A DNA stretch of 64,000 nucleotides from contig OZ024749.1 of the NCBI GenBank assembly GCA_964016885.1, forward strand, positions 4,216,001-4,280,000, read 5' to 3'. A program made the translations under genes and the position numbers. Shown piece after piece: positions 43,370 through 56,993 of this stretch; the first letter of the stretch is position 1; the number at the start of each line of letters is the position of its first letter. Origin of the DNA: Eledone cirrhosa. Its lineage: Eukaryota. Under the pieces are notes generated by a model that was given only the letters and a program-made list of their open reading frames with translations, was not told the origin of the DNA and searched no databases.

Positions 43370-44800
43370 GTGAGTTTTATTGTATCACAATAAAGCAATG
43401 CAAATATCGGATATGTATCACTCTACAGTTTGTAGGACTGGAGTATAAATAATATAAGATCAAAAGAGAGTTAAAAGAGTTCCAAGTATTTAAACTAAGC
43501 GCATTTCAAAAACAAATATGATCATGGGATGATATAAGGTAAGGAAGAGGAGGAGATGAGAATAAAGAATGGTGGGGTACAAGTATAAGAAGGAAGGATG
43601 AGAGAGGAGGAGACATGGGTGATAGAGAGAGAGAGAGCCTTCACAAGTGACAAAAAAATATATATTGTCTCACAGAATGAAGTTAAAAAGCCGTTGGAAG
43701 ATAATAGATAATTTAAAAGAATTTGAAATTAAAAGTTAATGAGGTTTATGCATGAAGAGAAAAAGGGATTAAGAATAATATTAAATTAAGGTTTGTATAT
43801 TGAAGGGTTTAATAATATGTGCGAGGAAAATAAATTATTAATATGATATTATTAAAATTAAAATATTGATGTTATTAAGGATATAATGTGAAAAGAAGTA
43901 GAAGAATGAATTAGTTATAAATTTAGAGGAATTAGTTAGGGTTTATTTTTTTTTTATGCAATGTAATATGTGTGCTTAATATGTGTACGTAAGTAGTTTG
44001 TTTCAAAATGAGCGCAGAAGGCAAAGAAGAAAATATCTAACATCAAAAAATGTTTACGAAATATTTTCTAATGGTAATAAAATAATATATTAAAAGAAAA
44101 TAGTTAGGGTTTAAGTTTGTTTTTATGTATTGTCATATGTAAAAGTCAAACGAGCATGAAAGGATGAGATAAGGAATTTAAGGGAAAAAATCTAACGTAA
44201 AAAAAAAAATGTTTATATTTACGAAGGGCTATTAAAGGTAATACTATAATGTATTAAAAAAATAATAATAATGTTTATAGCCAATGATATGAGGAAAGAT
44301 GGAAGAATGGATAATGTTGTGGAGATAATAATAAGAATTGAGAAGTAGTTAGCAAGAAAAAGTACAGATTAGAGGTTTGAAATTAAAAATAAAAGAGGAA
44401 GAAAGGAGAGTGATATAGAAGAATGATATAGATTGAGGCTTTCTAACTTCTCTCTGTGAGACATTATATATTTTTTCTCAGTTGTAAAGGCTATTTCTCT
44501 CTCTCTATCACCCATCTCTCCTCCTCTCTCATCTTTCCTTCTTATACTCATCCCTCACCATTCGTTACTCTCATCTCCTCCTCTTCCTTACACCCCCCCT
44601 AACTTTTTTCCGAATCTCATAATTCAATCTTAAATTATTTTTCATTTGTTGATTTAAAACTTCATTATTCACAAGTGTTTTTAAAGCTTCATATCATGTA
44701 TCCCTATTTTATCTAATGAAAACGCAGATATCATCCCATGATGATATGTGTTTTTGAAATGCGCATAATAAAATACTTGGAACTCTTTTAACCATCTTTT
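43370..44800. mobile_element. Family C fold-back element with degenerate HHR at 44705-44775 (+, CTAATGA)
   Basis: ~43470-43692 is inverted against ~44437-44793; tail 43370-43450 matches 3240-3295; TATTTTAT-CTAATGA-..-GAAA-TGCGCA-TA^ATAAAATA. Confidence 0.75.
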
Positions 44801-44827
44801 ATATATCTATCTATCTGTCTACATCTA

Positions 44828-44959
<132 letters not shown>

Positions 44960-46899
44960 CATATATATAGAGAGAGGAAGATATATATATAGAGAGAGAT
45001 GTAGACAGATAGATACATATATAGAAAGTCAAATACAATAGTTGTTTTTAGTTTTATTTTGTTGTATTTTCGTAACCATGTCTCGCATAAAATGTTCCTG
45101 CAATTCTTATATGACGTTATACACAGTTAAACATTTATTTAAAAATGTATACGTAGTGCAAACTCTATGAACTCAGTTTCTAATGTTTGACTTTACGTTT
45201 TATCTAGTTTCATACACATACACGATAGCTAACCTATTTACTATTCTTATTGACGCACAATACATACACAATTCATACATAATTCAGCAATGTGGGGAAA
45301 ACCACCAACGTTGCAAAGTTAGTAAATGGCTATGATATCTTCCTCCATGTCTAAAGTATTTAAACTTGTATTTAAACATACTTTAAAGTAGGCATTCTTC
45401 ACTGTTTGTTTTAGTTTATTTCTACAAGTGTTTGAATAGGAAAGACTGCACTAATATTCACACTTTTATTTTCAAAATCATGTCGGACATCTAATACGCT
45501 TCAGGTAGTGGGAGACTTTCCTGTCATTTGTTCTACACACTCTCTTCAATTTTGCTCTGTTCATCCAATGGCTATTGACATCTATTAGTATTTCTTTGTC
45601 TTCGGCTTCATTTATTTGTTGTCGTCAATTTTATTTTATTCGTTTTTAATCTTTTATTGCAGTGTTTACACCTTTTTATCTTAACCTATGCTTTTTTGTA
45701 ATGCTTCATATATCTTCTTTCAGACATTTTTGTTTCCAATCGAAGAAAGCTGACGCAGGTTTTCTTTAAGTTCTATTGCTTCTCATTTACATCTTCATCT
45801 ATGGTCTGTTCTTTTTCTTTTCAATGACATCTGGTCTTTTCGATTTTACTTTATATCTAACACCTCAGATATTAGTGGTAGGTATTCTGGCTCCACAATA
45901 CAACACGTTATAGGTAATTGTGATATATCTCTTTTAGTATAACATTAACTTCTGTTCTGTGTATTTGTTGTTGGTGTGGAATATTTTCTTTGAGAATAAA
46001 TCGGGAAATAAAAAAAAAAAAAATGTCTCGCCTGATTCACAGGATTTTTGGTGTACATACACATCAAGGTTAAGATCAAGATTATGGTTGTTTTAGCTTT
46101 CAGGCCGTTAGCATAAGTGTTTATTAAGGTTATGGTTCTCACATCGACTTCTGTGTGTGTGTGTTGGTATAGAGAGAGACTGAATGAGAATGGATGATGC
46201 GAAATATATTCGCTTCATGCAACGAAGTATATTTCATGTTTTGGGATATTTTTGAGATATATGTGCAATGTTAGTGTTCCTCGTGGCCATATTATTCCTT
46301 TGCCTCGCCTTATCTATTCAATAATCAAGATTTATTTAAATACCTTTATTTGTTGACCTTTACTTCTAAATTTTATAAAGCACATTAAAATATCTAAATT
46401 TGTACTCATACTCGAGTTGTCAATTTTTGTATTGATCAATATATGATTCTATAGAGATTAGCAATTATGTTCTGGCTCTTTTCGTTCTCATTTCAAATCC
46501 CGCTGTGGTCAACTTTCCTTTCTATACACTCGATAAAATAATATACCAGCTAGGAACGACAGACAAATTAATTTCTCATTCCCCGAAAAATATTTGGATA
46601 ATCTCGCGTCTCAATCAAACATTATTGTGAAGGAGAAGCTAGACACGCCAAGTTGTGAGTGAAGGTGCAACCTGAAGTGCAACCTGAAGTGATGCTGAAA
46701 CCTGATTTCGGTTTCGGAAATGGCAAAGGTTTGTCCTGTTACATGAAAGGTAAATCACTGAGACAGAGTGCCTGTGATATGAATTATATTTTAGTATGGG
46801 AATTCTGCTTCTTTATGCATGCCCTAGACAATAGGACTGGGGGATTAACAATCGTGGAATCTAGGGCAGAATTGTGTTTATTGTTGAATAACTCAATCA

Positions 46900-47600
46900 A
46901 GGGGAGACATATTAAACCATGTGAGATCATTGCAGTGTTGTTTACTTTATCCAAAGTGACCGGATAAACCTTGGTGATTATTCCAGATAATGTTCTTAGT
47001 CTCGTCAGAACCAACGGATTTTCCCAGAAAGAATCTACTCCATAAGTAATACATCGCTGAAAGGATCCTGTCAAAATGATTATTTAGTAGTACGTGCTTG
47101 ACATGATATGGCGTTGCTGCCCAGTGCTGGACAGCAGGAATGAAAATTAGTACTGCGAAGACTGAGACACTCGTGCTTTCAATGATGCCTGCGCACTTCA
47201 CATATGAATGGAGGTCCACTGAAACAGGTGAATAATTCCAAATATTGCAGAGCCGTTTTCATGAAATGCAGGAATTGTAGCAGCTGGAGAAGTAATCAGC
47301 CAGCTCCAGCTATAGGGCATCAGAAGAATGTAGGTAAGTGTAAAAGCCACACAACACTCCCTGGAATAAGAGGACAGCGACGAAGAAGAAGAAGAAGAAG
47401 AAGAAGAAGAAGAAGAAGAAGAAGAAGAAGAAGAAGAAGAAGAAGAAGAAGAAGAAGAAGAAGAAGAAGAAGAAGAAGAAGAAGCAGAAGCAGCAGCAGC
47501 AGCAATGTTTGCCGAGCAGATGTCTTCAATAACTCTCATCCCAATAACAGGCAGCAATTTTCCATCGGATCTTTCGAAATGTTGTTTACCAGTCATTTCA
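46900..47600 (-). pseudogene. Possible gypsy-type integrase relic, split by (GAA)n
   Basis: Mixed frames: ACYW/GMRVIEDIC (Zn-binding-like), YSWSWLITSPAATI..AIFGI, SGPPFICE, HWAATPYH. Confidence 0.45.
47382..47503. repeat. (GAA)n followed by (GCA)n
   Basis: Directly visible; source of the poly-S/R/L ORFs. Confidence 0.97.
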
Positions 47601-48505
47601 GGCTGTAAGTGTTGTGGTAGTTCTGCGGATCATGTAGTTCTGCGGACATGGACTAGATATTTGCTAATAGATAATTAGAATATCATTTCAAATTTAATAC
47701 AGCTATTCTTACATAACTCTATACACTTTTATAACGATGTTAGAGTGATTAACTTGTTTACAACAACAAGCTATGATATTCATATTTTTTTTGCAAATTA
47801 AATTATAATCCCTTTCATAGAAATTCATTATATTTCAATTTTATTTTTAGTCGGAAATATTTCAAACCTAAATTTCCATTAAAATTCCCTATAATTTGGA
47901 AATCTAAGCTGAATTTAATGTATGCACACCTATAGTATCTAAATGAGATTCTCTGTCAATATTATCAATTTAACATACAATGCTAATGGGTTGGGTCTTC
48001 GGCTCATGATCGCAATGCCAAAACTTTAATACCCTGCAGAGTCCTTGAGTTAACCATTTTATTTCAAGTTGCTCCAGAGAACTTAGGTGTCAAAAATGAT
48101 TTTTTACATGTAAATCATTGAGCCAGCCCGGTCAATCGGTCATAATGAATCTCCCCGAGGAATACGTCATGTAGAATGCTCAGTCGCCTATACGTTACTG
48201 TCGAGAAATGGCTATCGTGTTGTTCGAACATTTGCAATAGTCTCCAGTGCAACACACAACGGACTATATTTAGTTAGATATAAAACTATGGTTAATTAGA
48301 AGTAGCAATATCTGGAAATATGCATCTACTTCAATACGTTATGTGAAGACATTTATGATTTAACGTTAGTAATTTTCTGATATGAAGTATTTACTTTCTA
48401 CATGTGGACGAAGCTTTTGTAGGCAGAAATTGAAAAGTTGTTTTAGAATAAAATATTTCAGACGAGGTTTAAACTAACTCTCTAACTATGTGAGTGTGTC
48501 TGTAC

Positions 48506-48542
<37 letters not shown>

Positions 48543-48549
<7 letters not shown>

Positions 48550-48803
48550 ATACTTTGGGAGGGTCATGTTGCCAATAAGAAACATACGCACCAAATGTTT
48601 CACTTCAATTTATTATAAATTAAATTTATAAATTTAGCAATTTATAAATTTCCGGTACGTTGGTTGGTTCCACAAACAGACGATTGTTCATATATTATCA
48701 AAGTTCTTTCGTCACACATTATGTGACCTCTTCAGTATAACAATATCGGTTTCGACACACGTTTTCAGATAAAGAATCTTGGTAAACAAATTCAGAAACG
48801 AAA
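48543..48803. mobile_element. Minimal derivative of the Naiad-like PLE: inverted pLTR joined directly to the 3' tail
   Basis: 48543-48735 matches 24165-24357; 48735-48803 matches 26161-26230; HHR core CTGAAGA..GTCAC/GTGAC..GAAA at 48697-48736 (-). Confidence 0.85.
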
Positions 48804-48805
48804 TA

Positions 48806-48851
<46 letters not shown>

Positions 48852-48864
48852 TTTTAATATAGAT

Positions 48865-49170
48865 GTGATTCTACAGGACTAGAACTGTTTCATTATTTAG
48901 AAATCATCAGGTTCAAAATGTGTGGGGACAGACAAGTTTGCAATTTTCAAATTGCAAACTTCCCTGTCACCATACACTGTGAACCTGAAGATTGTTAAAG
49001 CATGAAAGTTCTTGTTCAATTAACACTTAACTTTTAATATTCTACCATACTATTTCATTCTAATACCATTATAAATTTTAAAGGATTGTAAATAAAACGA
49101 GTAAATCAAACAAAGTTGGAATTCCTTTTATTAATATAATCTTCTATATACAAACATACACACCCGTGTA
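48865..49170 (+). mobile_element. Family E fold-back element with HHR at 48980-49018 (second copy 55705-55940)
   Basis: Hairpin ~48905-48990; TGAAC-CTGAAGA-ttgttaaagcat-GAAA-GTTC-TT^GTTCA. Confidence 0.7.
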
Positions 49171-49201
49171 TGTTTATCTACACATATATATATATATATA
49201 T

Positions 49202-49560
49202 AGTGACGAAACATAAGTCAATTGCATGAACTCATAATCCTTTATTTACTGTTATATAAATTTCGATGATAGCCATTGAATCGCTATGACCTCATTAGGC
49301 AGTTAGTCAGTTCTTAGATATGCCAGCTCTGTGTTTATGGTGTTGATGGTATCAGAGCGTTGGAACATATGAGCTTGTTAGGAATAATTTAATGTTGTCA
49401 GCAGGAATAATATTAATTCTCATTGGTCAGTTTGTAGATGCTTGTAGCGTTGGTATTTAACCTCAAAGAGGCAGGTGGTGTTGTAAAGTTCAAACCGTCA
49501 GGCAAGATGACAATAGTTCTCTTGGAGCAACATATATGAAGTTTCCCGATATAAGGTATA
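49202..49560 (-). mobile_element. Family A, longest copy; HHR 49248-49303 with CTAATGA
   Basis: Same terminus as 213 and 8572; far boundary uncertain. Confidence 0.65.
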
Positions 49561-50258
49561 ACACTCTTTGTTTATTTTTTATATGAATATTGATTTTTCG
49601 TTCTTGTATCTCATTCTATTATTTTGCCCGAGAAAATATCTATATGTGTCATTAAACCATGCGCACATATGGTTATTTTTTCATAACCAATTGAGTTCTA
49701 GCACGTGGCTTGAATTCTTTTCAGAATTCATTGACCTGCGCATGTATTGTTTTTTTGGCGGTTGTCTCCTTCCTCGTATTTTAGAGACAGCGTGAGTTTT
49801 TCTTTAAAAATGCTTGACTAACAACCTAGCAGCTCCCTCAAGCACTGATGGTGATTATCGCTAAATATTGATGTTGATTTGGTTATCAATATTAATATTA
49901 TTTGACACCCACTGAATAATTATAAGAGCCCACTTGAATACGTATCTGTTGATCTTATACAAGCTTCTACATAAATTGGTATAATTTCACCCAACTTGTA
50001 GAAATCTTATAATGAAACGAGTCGTCTGGGAAGTGATATATTTGATATATCTCATATGAAATGATACAGCCAATTTTCCACACATTACAATTAGTTATAA
50101 CCCCGAACGTTTAATTGGGAATATACTCAGGTATTTCCTAATGTTTGTTGAGTGAGTTGGAATTTGGCCGGACTATCGCTATTAGCTTTCTCCGATTATG
50201 TATTTATATATATATATATATTGGCTATTAAATTTAAGTGAAAACTCTCTCTCCCTCT

Positions 50259-50300
<42 letters not shown>

Positions 50301-50307
<7 letters not shown>

Positions 50308-52472
50308 TAAACGGAAAAGAAAATGCTGACAAATTGTTCCCAGTGAAAAATAGTTTAATTAGGAATAAGTAAAAAAATAGTAATAGTATTGGTATTCAGT
50401 TCTGGTTTTAACTTTTACCGGTTGCGCAGTTCTAATATTCCCTACAACTTAGCCAAGAGAATCTGTACTATAGTCTCCAATAAAAACACCTGCTACTTAC
50501 GGCTACAAGAACTAAAGGACACTCTCATAAGCAGGGACAACCCTGCATCACTAACTGACAGTGGAATCCAACGTGCCCTAAAACTCAGTACCCAGGACCA
50601 TAGACACCCTAAAGTAAATCAACCATAACAAAGTGCTCTTCCATACATCTCCACACACAACCTCCTCAACAATGAGGCCTTTGACACCATCCTCCAGAAC
50701 ATCCCTTTGTTAAAAAATGACTATAGAATGAACCAAATCCTTCGAACACACTATATTATAAAGAGCAAAAGACAATCTAAGTCAATGAAAAACATCCTAA
50801 CACATGCTAAATTACTGCCAACCACAACAACGAAACCCACAGTAAAAAAATGCGATAGACCCAACTCTGGCATATGCATCAACCTAATAGAGGGTTAGGA
50901 ATTCTATTTCAAACAAGGACAACGTTTTATAGTAAAACACAATTCCACATGCTCATCAGAAAACCTAATATGGGTCTTAACTTTCTCAGGTTGTCGAGAA
51001 CAATACATAGGCCAGACTAAATACAGCCTTCGCCAACGCATGACTGTCCATAGATCCCAAATCAAAATACGGGAATACAGGAAACCAGGAGTGAGTGAAC
51101 ACATTGATACCTGTACCACCCAAAATCATCCCAACTTTAGAATATTTCCCCTCTACAAATTTAAAGATAATGCCACCCACACCTTCGCATCAGCAAGGAA
51201 TCTCACTTTATTAACAAATACGGACCCCGTCTAAACACTTCTCCCTAAGACGAACCCACAACATACACACGTCAACATACATACCTACATCAGCATACAT
51301 CTCTATCCACATATAAACACGATGACATACGTAACACACATGTTCTATGGTGCAACACAAATATACACAAATTTGCATACCTGTTGATGTCTATAGATAT
51401 AAACGTGCCGACACACATAAACGCACACATGCATTGCACACTGATGGGCACATACATATTTGTACACAAGTATTCCAATACGGCAAGGCCTAATGGATTC
51501 CCATTGCAGTACGTACAATGTGGACACTCACACACACCTTGGTATTATGCCAATACTATATATCATTTCACACCTTTTATTATTAAGGTGTTTGATGTTC
51601 TGTTGAGAGAATCGTTTTTACTGAAAATATCGAATAATGTACACCATTTTTACCAGTATCACAAAAATACTAGTCCACCCACACACACACACATATATAT
51701 ACACACACATACACATATATACACACACACACGCGCGTACATTAACATACACAGAGACATATACACACACACACACACACTTTTCCGTATAAGACAAGAG
51801 CTGAAAAATATATTTTAACATGTTAAAATATCCCCCACACACGTACAGACACATTCCTACTGACCATCCCTCTACCACGAATTACTCTGTTACACACACA
51901 CACACACACATACACACACACTTGTCTTATAAGGCATTTGAACTGTCAACAGGCTGCGGTTCGCACACATATCCCTGCTGACCATTATCACAACAACGAA
52001 CCTATTTACAACTACACACACACACACATATTTGTTTTAAAAGACTTATTTTTCAGTGACTTCTCAATCAGCCGACACAAACCTACATTTGGCGCAAAAT
52101 CAATTTTCAACATTCACATGACCTCTACTGACCAATCAAAATTGTTTTGACCACAAGAATGTTTGCACACGAATTGGCGCGAAACTTATTTTAATACATC
52201 TGGAGCCACTTTTTTCACATAAAACAGGTAGAATTTCAAAAACTAATCAGATTAAAGCAAACATCACGGGCGCTCTATCTCAAAATTATTTTTGAAAAGC
52301 ATTAGAAATGCGCAACCGGTAAAACTTAAAACCAAAACTGAATACTAACCAATACTATTACTAATTTTTACTTATTCCTAATTAAACTATGTTTCACTGG
52401 GAACAATTTGTCAGCATTTTCTTTTCCGTTTACCAATATATCATAACTCGTGCGTTACACCTCAATTCTTTT
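50301..52472 (+). mobile_element. Penelope-like element (Neptune-like), 5'-truncated, with inverted pLTR and tail
   Basis: 50301-50436 is inverted against 52302-52439; tail 52440-52472; (TA)n flanks. Confidence 0.88.
50430..51250 (+). pseudogene. PLE thumb, Zn-finger linker and GIY-YIG (disrupted)
   Basis: NIPYNLAKRICTIVS..RLQELK; KKCDRPNSGICINL; TCSSENLIWVLTFSGCREQYIGQTKYSLRQRMTVHRSQI..VSEH. Confidence 0.88.
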
Positions 52473-52610
52473 AAATATATATATATACATATATGTATAT
52501 ATACATATATGTATATATGTATATATATATATATGTATATATATATGTATATATATATAAGTGTATATATAAATATATATATATATATGTATACATATCT
52601 ATATATATGG

Positions 52611-52645
<35 letters not shown>

Positions 52646-53477
52646 CATATATATATACATACATATATACATGTATATATATATACAAACATATATATAT
52701 ACTTACACACATTTGTGCGTTTATATAATAAGCAGTATGTGAATATGTGTATGGGCTTACATATACGTGTGTGTGTGTGTATGTGTGTGTGTGTATGCAT
52801 GTTTACATATGTATTTATATCCGTAATTGCATATGTATCTCTATGCTTCTGTTTATATGTACGTATGTTTATATGCGTATATATATATATATGTGTGTGT
52901 GTGATATGTGTGTGCGCGCGCGCATGTGTGTGTGTGTGAACATTGTTTATCTGTTTGTGAATAATTGCGAAAGTATAAAATAAACAGTGCTAAATTATTT
53001 TTTTTATTATCCCCATGGAAACTGTTTTCAATTTAAATCAGGAAATAAATAGAGCTTTTGATAAATTGTATTTTAATATATTGACATTTGAGATTTGCTT
53101 TGAGGAAGTTTGATTATAAAATATATCTATTATCGTGCCATCTCCAATATCGAAATGGATGTGTCTACAAATTGTGATATTATGACGTCAGAGATATATT
53201 TCACACTCGTTTGATACGAAAGAGCAAGGGGATTCTCATTTGAGCTTATTACACAAATAGATAAATAGATTTACTTCCACTCTGATGAATTTGTATGCGA
53301 CAACGCTACTATATTTACAGGCGCACGCCGACATATACATATATACACACACACTTACATATCCATACCCATATACATACATTCATACTCACATACTCAT
53401 ACATACACATAGATATACATATACTCATACATGTATATGTATTTATATAAATGTGTAAGTTTCTGTGTGTGGTGGAG

Positions 53478-53541
<64 letters not shown>

Positions 53542-54195
53542 CTTATATGCATGCGTATTACTTAATAGAATCACACATACACACGTGAATTTATGAATCT
53601 ATAGATTTGAATTGTAATTAAAACTTATAGAGAATTAGGGCAATCAATACGATTGGAGTATAAGCTTCTTCATACATATTGAAAACTTCACAGTGGCCCA
53701 GTCACGAGTAGTTTCCTTCTTGTGTGAAGATTCTTGGAAATACATCTATGGGAATCAATTTGGAAATCTACTCGTATGAGTGTAGCGGCTCAGAACTTCG
53801 GAGTATCCAAGCTAAATCTGTGAAATTTAAAGGAGGTTTACAATAGATCCCATCAATACATACATTTATATTTACTGGTATACAGGCTTGTTGTAAATAT
53901 GCTATTCAGATGAGGTTAGATAAATCGAAACATAAGTCTATGATATGCTTAATAGCTACAAACACGGAACATGTTTTATATATGTTATCTATATAAAGCA
54001 TAGCAAGTGCAGTCAATTTTTGTAGCTAAAATTATTAGTAAATTCTAAATAATTGTTTATCAAATATTAAGCCCATGCTTAATTAATCCCAAATCCCTAA
54101 CGTTTGGAGACAACCTTCACACTGTGCAATGATATGAATTATGCCACTTAAATGAATGAAATACTTTTTATATGTTCATCACGGGGTTTGAATGA

Positions 54196-54388
54196 AATAA
54201 TTGTTTCTACGTTAGGCACAAGGCCACAAATACCCAGTGCATTACTGGTACTTTATTTTATCGACCCCGTAAGGATGAAAGGCAAAGTTAACATTGGCGG
54301 GATTTGAACTCAGAATGGCAAGGGCCGTAACTCTATACGTCAAAGCATGGCGTCCGACACTCTACCAATACTGCCAATCCACCGCCTT
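54196..54388 (-). mobile_element. Octopus-type SINE with 16-bp target-site duplication
   Basis: Full head at 54386; GTTTGAATGAAATAAT at 54186-54201 and 54389-54404. Confidence 0.9.
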
Positions 54389-55054
54389 GTTTGAATGAAA
54401 TAATCAAACCGCGGTGTTTGATTGAAATAATCAAACCCCGTTAGCATCACTAACCTGTCAACCTATATGTAAAAGAAATGTAAACGCCGGTGTAAAAAAA
54501 ACTATAAACATTTACTTTCAATTTAAATAAAACCCGCATTGTTGCTCTGCTATGTGAATAGATACCAGTTCCATGTTACGATTTATCAGGTCAACTGCAA
54601 AGAATCAATGTTTTTATGAATGAGGATATAGTTGACAAAATTGGTGTTTTAAAAAAAGGATAATGATAAATTCCAAATATCAATGGCGCTTCCAGCGCAT
54701 CTCCCTTGGGGCGATCAGCTCGTGGGACCCTATTGGCTCATAATACAGAGAGATGGGGAGGGAGAGAGATGGAGGCGATGACAGTGAGAGTTCGGCTCTT
54801 CCGTGTTCGGACACATTTATCAGACTTTATGTTTTATATACTTGCTTTAATGTCGACACGGAAATAAACCTATTATCCGATGATTACTAACACGGAAAGA
54901 TAACAACACGTTTTCCACAGAGAATAATTTGGTGGATTAATCTAACATGGATTTCACTGAGACATGAAGTTAGAAGTTAAAGCTGTTTCCAGTCCATTTT
55001 TATAATTATAAAAATTAAGTATTTCACATATTTTATTCCACTAAAACTGCATGC

Positions 55055-55134
<80 letters not shown>

Positions 55135-55136
<2 letters not shown>

Positions 55137-55413
55137 CTTTGAACATTGATAACTTTCATATGTTTCGGCCAGTATTGGCCCAGGCCATGTCTAACTTAAT
55201 AGCACCACCTGGCGAAGATTTTCAAATCAGGATTCGGTTGGCAGGGCCCACTCAATTTGAGAGTTATTGTTTACTGAGGCATATCCGGGTTTAGGAGGCT
55301 TATCCGGGATTTCTTGACGGAATTTATCCAAAGTCTTCTTGAACTTAATGGGGTCTTATTCTCACACGGCGACGTTGGAGAGAATAGAGGTTGAGCTTTT
55401 CTAATCGACTCCA
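55135..55413 (-). mobile_element. CR1-group LINE 3' end, internally deleted
   Basis: YWSRLEKLNLYSLQRRR, then DPIKFKKTLDKFRQEIPDKPPKPGY..NNSQIEW*, then a GGCC..GGCCGAAAC 3' hairpin. Confidence 0.8.
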
Positions 55414-55673
55414 ATATATATATACACACATATATATACACACATATATATATATATGCATATATATATATATAGAGAGAGACATATATATGTCACAAAA
55501 CCTCCATCTCAATACTACTTTTGAAAAGCACAGGGCAGCCAAACCGGTAAAGGAACCAAATAAATATATTTTAAAAAAAGACTCCAGTTGCTTTTCGATT
55601 TCATCTTTTTTCCTTACACTTTTACTCGTGTAGGACACCTTGTTATTTGTTCATTTTGTAAAAAATTCCTCAC

Positions 55674-55704
<31 letters not shown>

Positions 55705-55711
<7 letters not shown>

Positions 55712-55940
55712 GGGTGTGTATGATTGTGTATGGAAGTTTATATTAATAAAAGGAATTCCAACTCTGTCACCACAGAATTTGAACTGAAGATTGCGAAAGC
55801 ATGAAAGTACTTGTTCAATTAACACTTAACATTTAATATTCTACCATACTATTTCATTCTAATACCATTAGAAATTTTAAAGGATTGTAAATAAAACGAG
55901 TAAATCAGACCAAGTTGGAATTGCTTTTAATAATGTAAAT
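55705..55940 (+). mobile_element. Family E copy with HHR at 55779-55818
   Basis: TTGAA-CTGAAGA-tTGCgaaaGCAt-GAAA-GTAC-TT^GTTCAA; palindromic GTAC loop; short inverted ends. Confidence 0.7.
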
Positions 55941-55993
55941 ATATATATGTGTGTGTGTGAGTGTATCTGTGTGTGTATGTGTGTGTGTGTGTG

Positions 55994-56044
<51 letters not shown>

Positions 56045-56199
56045 GCTTACTAAGGATAAAACCCCCTTGTGTATATACATTTACGTTTGGTTACACACCA
56101 GCGAATAGAACTGGCCATGCCGTGGAGCCAGGCCTGATGAAATGTTAGGAAAAGCATTCGACGTTATGCATCTCATATTTCACAAGTTCGGCCTCATGT

Positions 56200-56268
<69 letters not shown>

Positions 56269-56369
56269 GATAAACACAAAATATTCGAAAATATTCTGTA
56301 TGTTTATAATAAACATTTTGAAGACCTAATCGCTATAGAATAGAATACGTCACGTATTACAATTTGAGA

Positions 56370-56456
56370 TTCTCGATAAAAGCAAGGGAAGTAACCTACG
56401 CGTTTCATTCTTATTAGAAATCATCAGGATTACATATCCAGTGCTTTTATCGAGAA
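56370..56456 (-). ncRNA. Minimal type I hammerhead ribozyme, unit 1
   Basis: Minus: TTCTCGATAAAAGCA-ctGGAtat-GTAATC-CTGATGA-tTTCTaataAGAAt-GAAA-CGCG-TA^GGTTAC-tTCCct-TGCTTTTATCGAGAA. Confidence 0.88.
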
Positions 56457-56681
56457 TTACACAGCTAGAGACTTATAGAATACTTAGCTGTGTACAGGAA
56501 CTGGTTTGAAAGAGCGGTTGCCGGTCCGGCAGAAATTAGAATTTGGATTTAATGCTCTGAAATAGCGATATATATGTGAAGATAAACACAGAATATTCGA
56601 AAACATTCTGTATGTTTATAATAAACATTTTGAAGACCTAATCGCTATAGAATAGAATACGTCATGTATTACAATTTGAGA

Positions 56682-56768
56682 TTCTCGATAAAAGCAAGGG
56701 AAGTAACCTACGCGTTTCATTCTTATTAGAAATAATCAGGATTACATATCCACTGTTTTTATCGAGAA
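56682..56768 (-). ncRNA. Hammerhead unit 2, core mutated (CTGATTA)
   Basis: Plus strand AATAATCAGG instead of AATCATCAGG (position 56734). Confidence 0.8.
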
Positions 56769-56993
56769 TGACACAGCTAGAGACTTATAGAATACTTAGC
56801 TGTGTACAGGAACTGGTTTGAAAGAGCGGTTGCCGGTCCGGCAGAAATTAGAATTTGGATTTAATGCTCTGAAATAGCGATATATATGTGAAGATAAACA
56901 CAGAATATTCGAAAATATTCTGTATGTTTATAATAAACATTTTGAAGACCTAATCGCTATAGAATAGAATACGTCACGTATTACAATTTGAGA

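Noticed and set aside
52215-52320. Hammerhead in the Neptune-like pLTR (GAAATGCGCA)
   Set aside because: A palindromic loop is present but the CTGANGA box and UH site are not recognisable.
56125-56195. AGGC-CTGATGA-AATGTT..AGCATT-CGACG hammerhead-like motif
   Set aside because: No GAAA and no convincing helix III or cleavage site.
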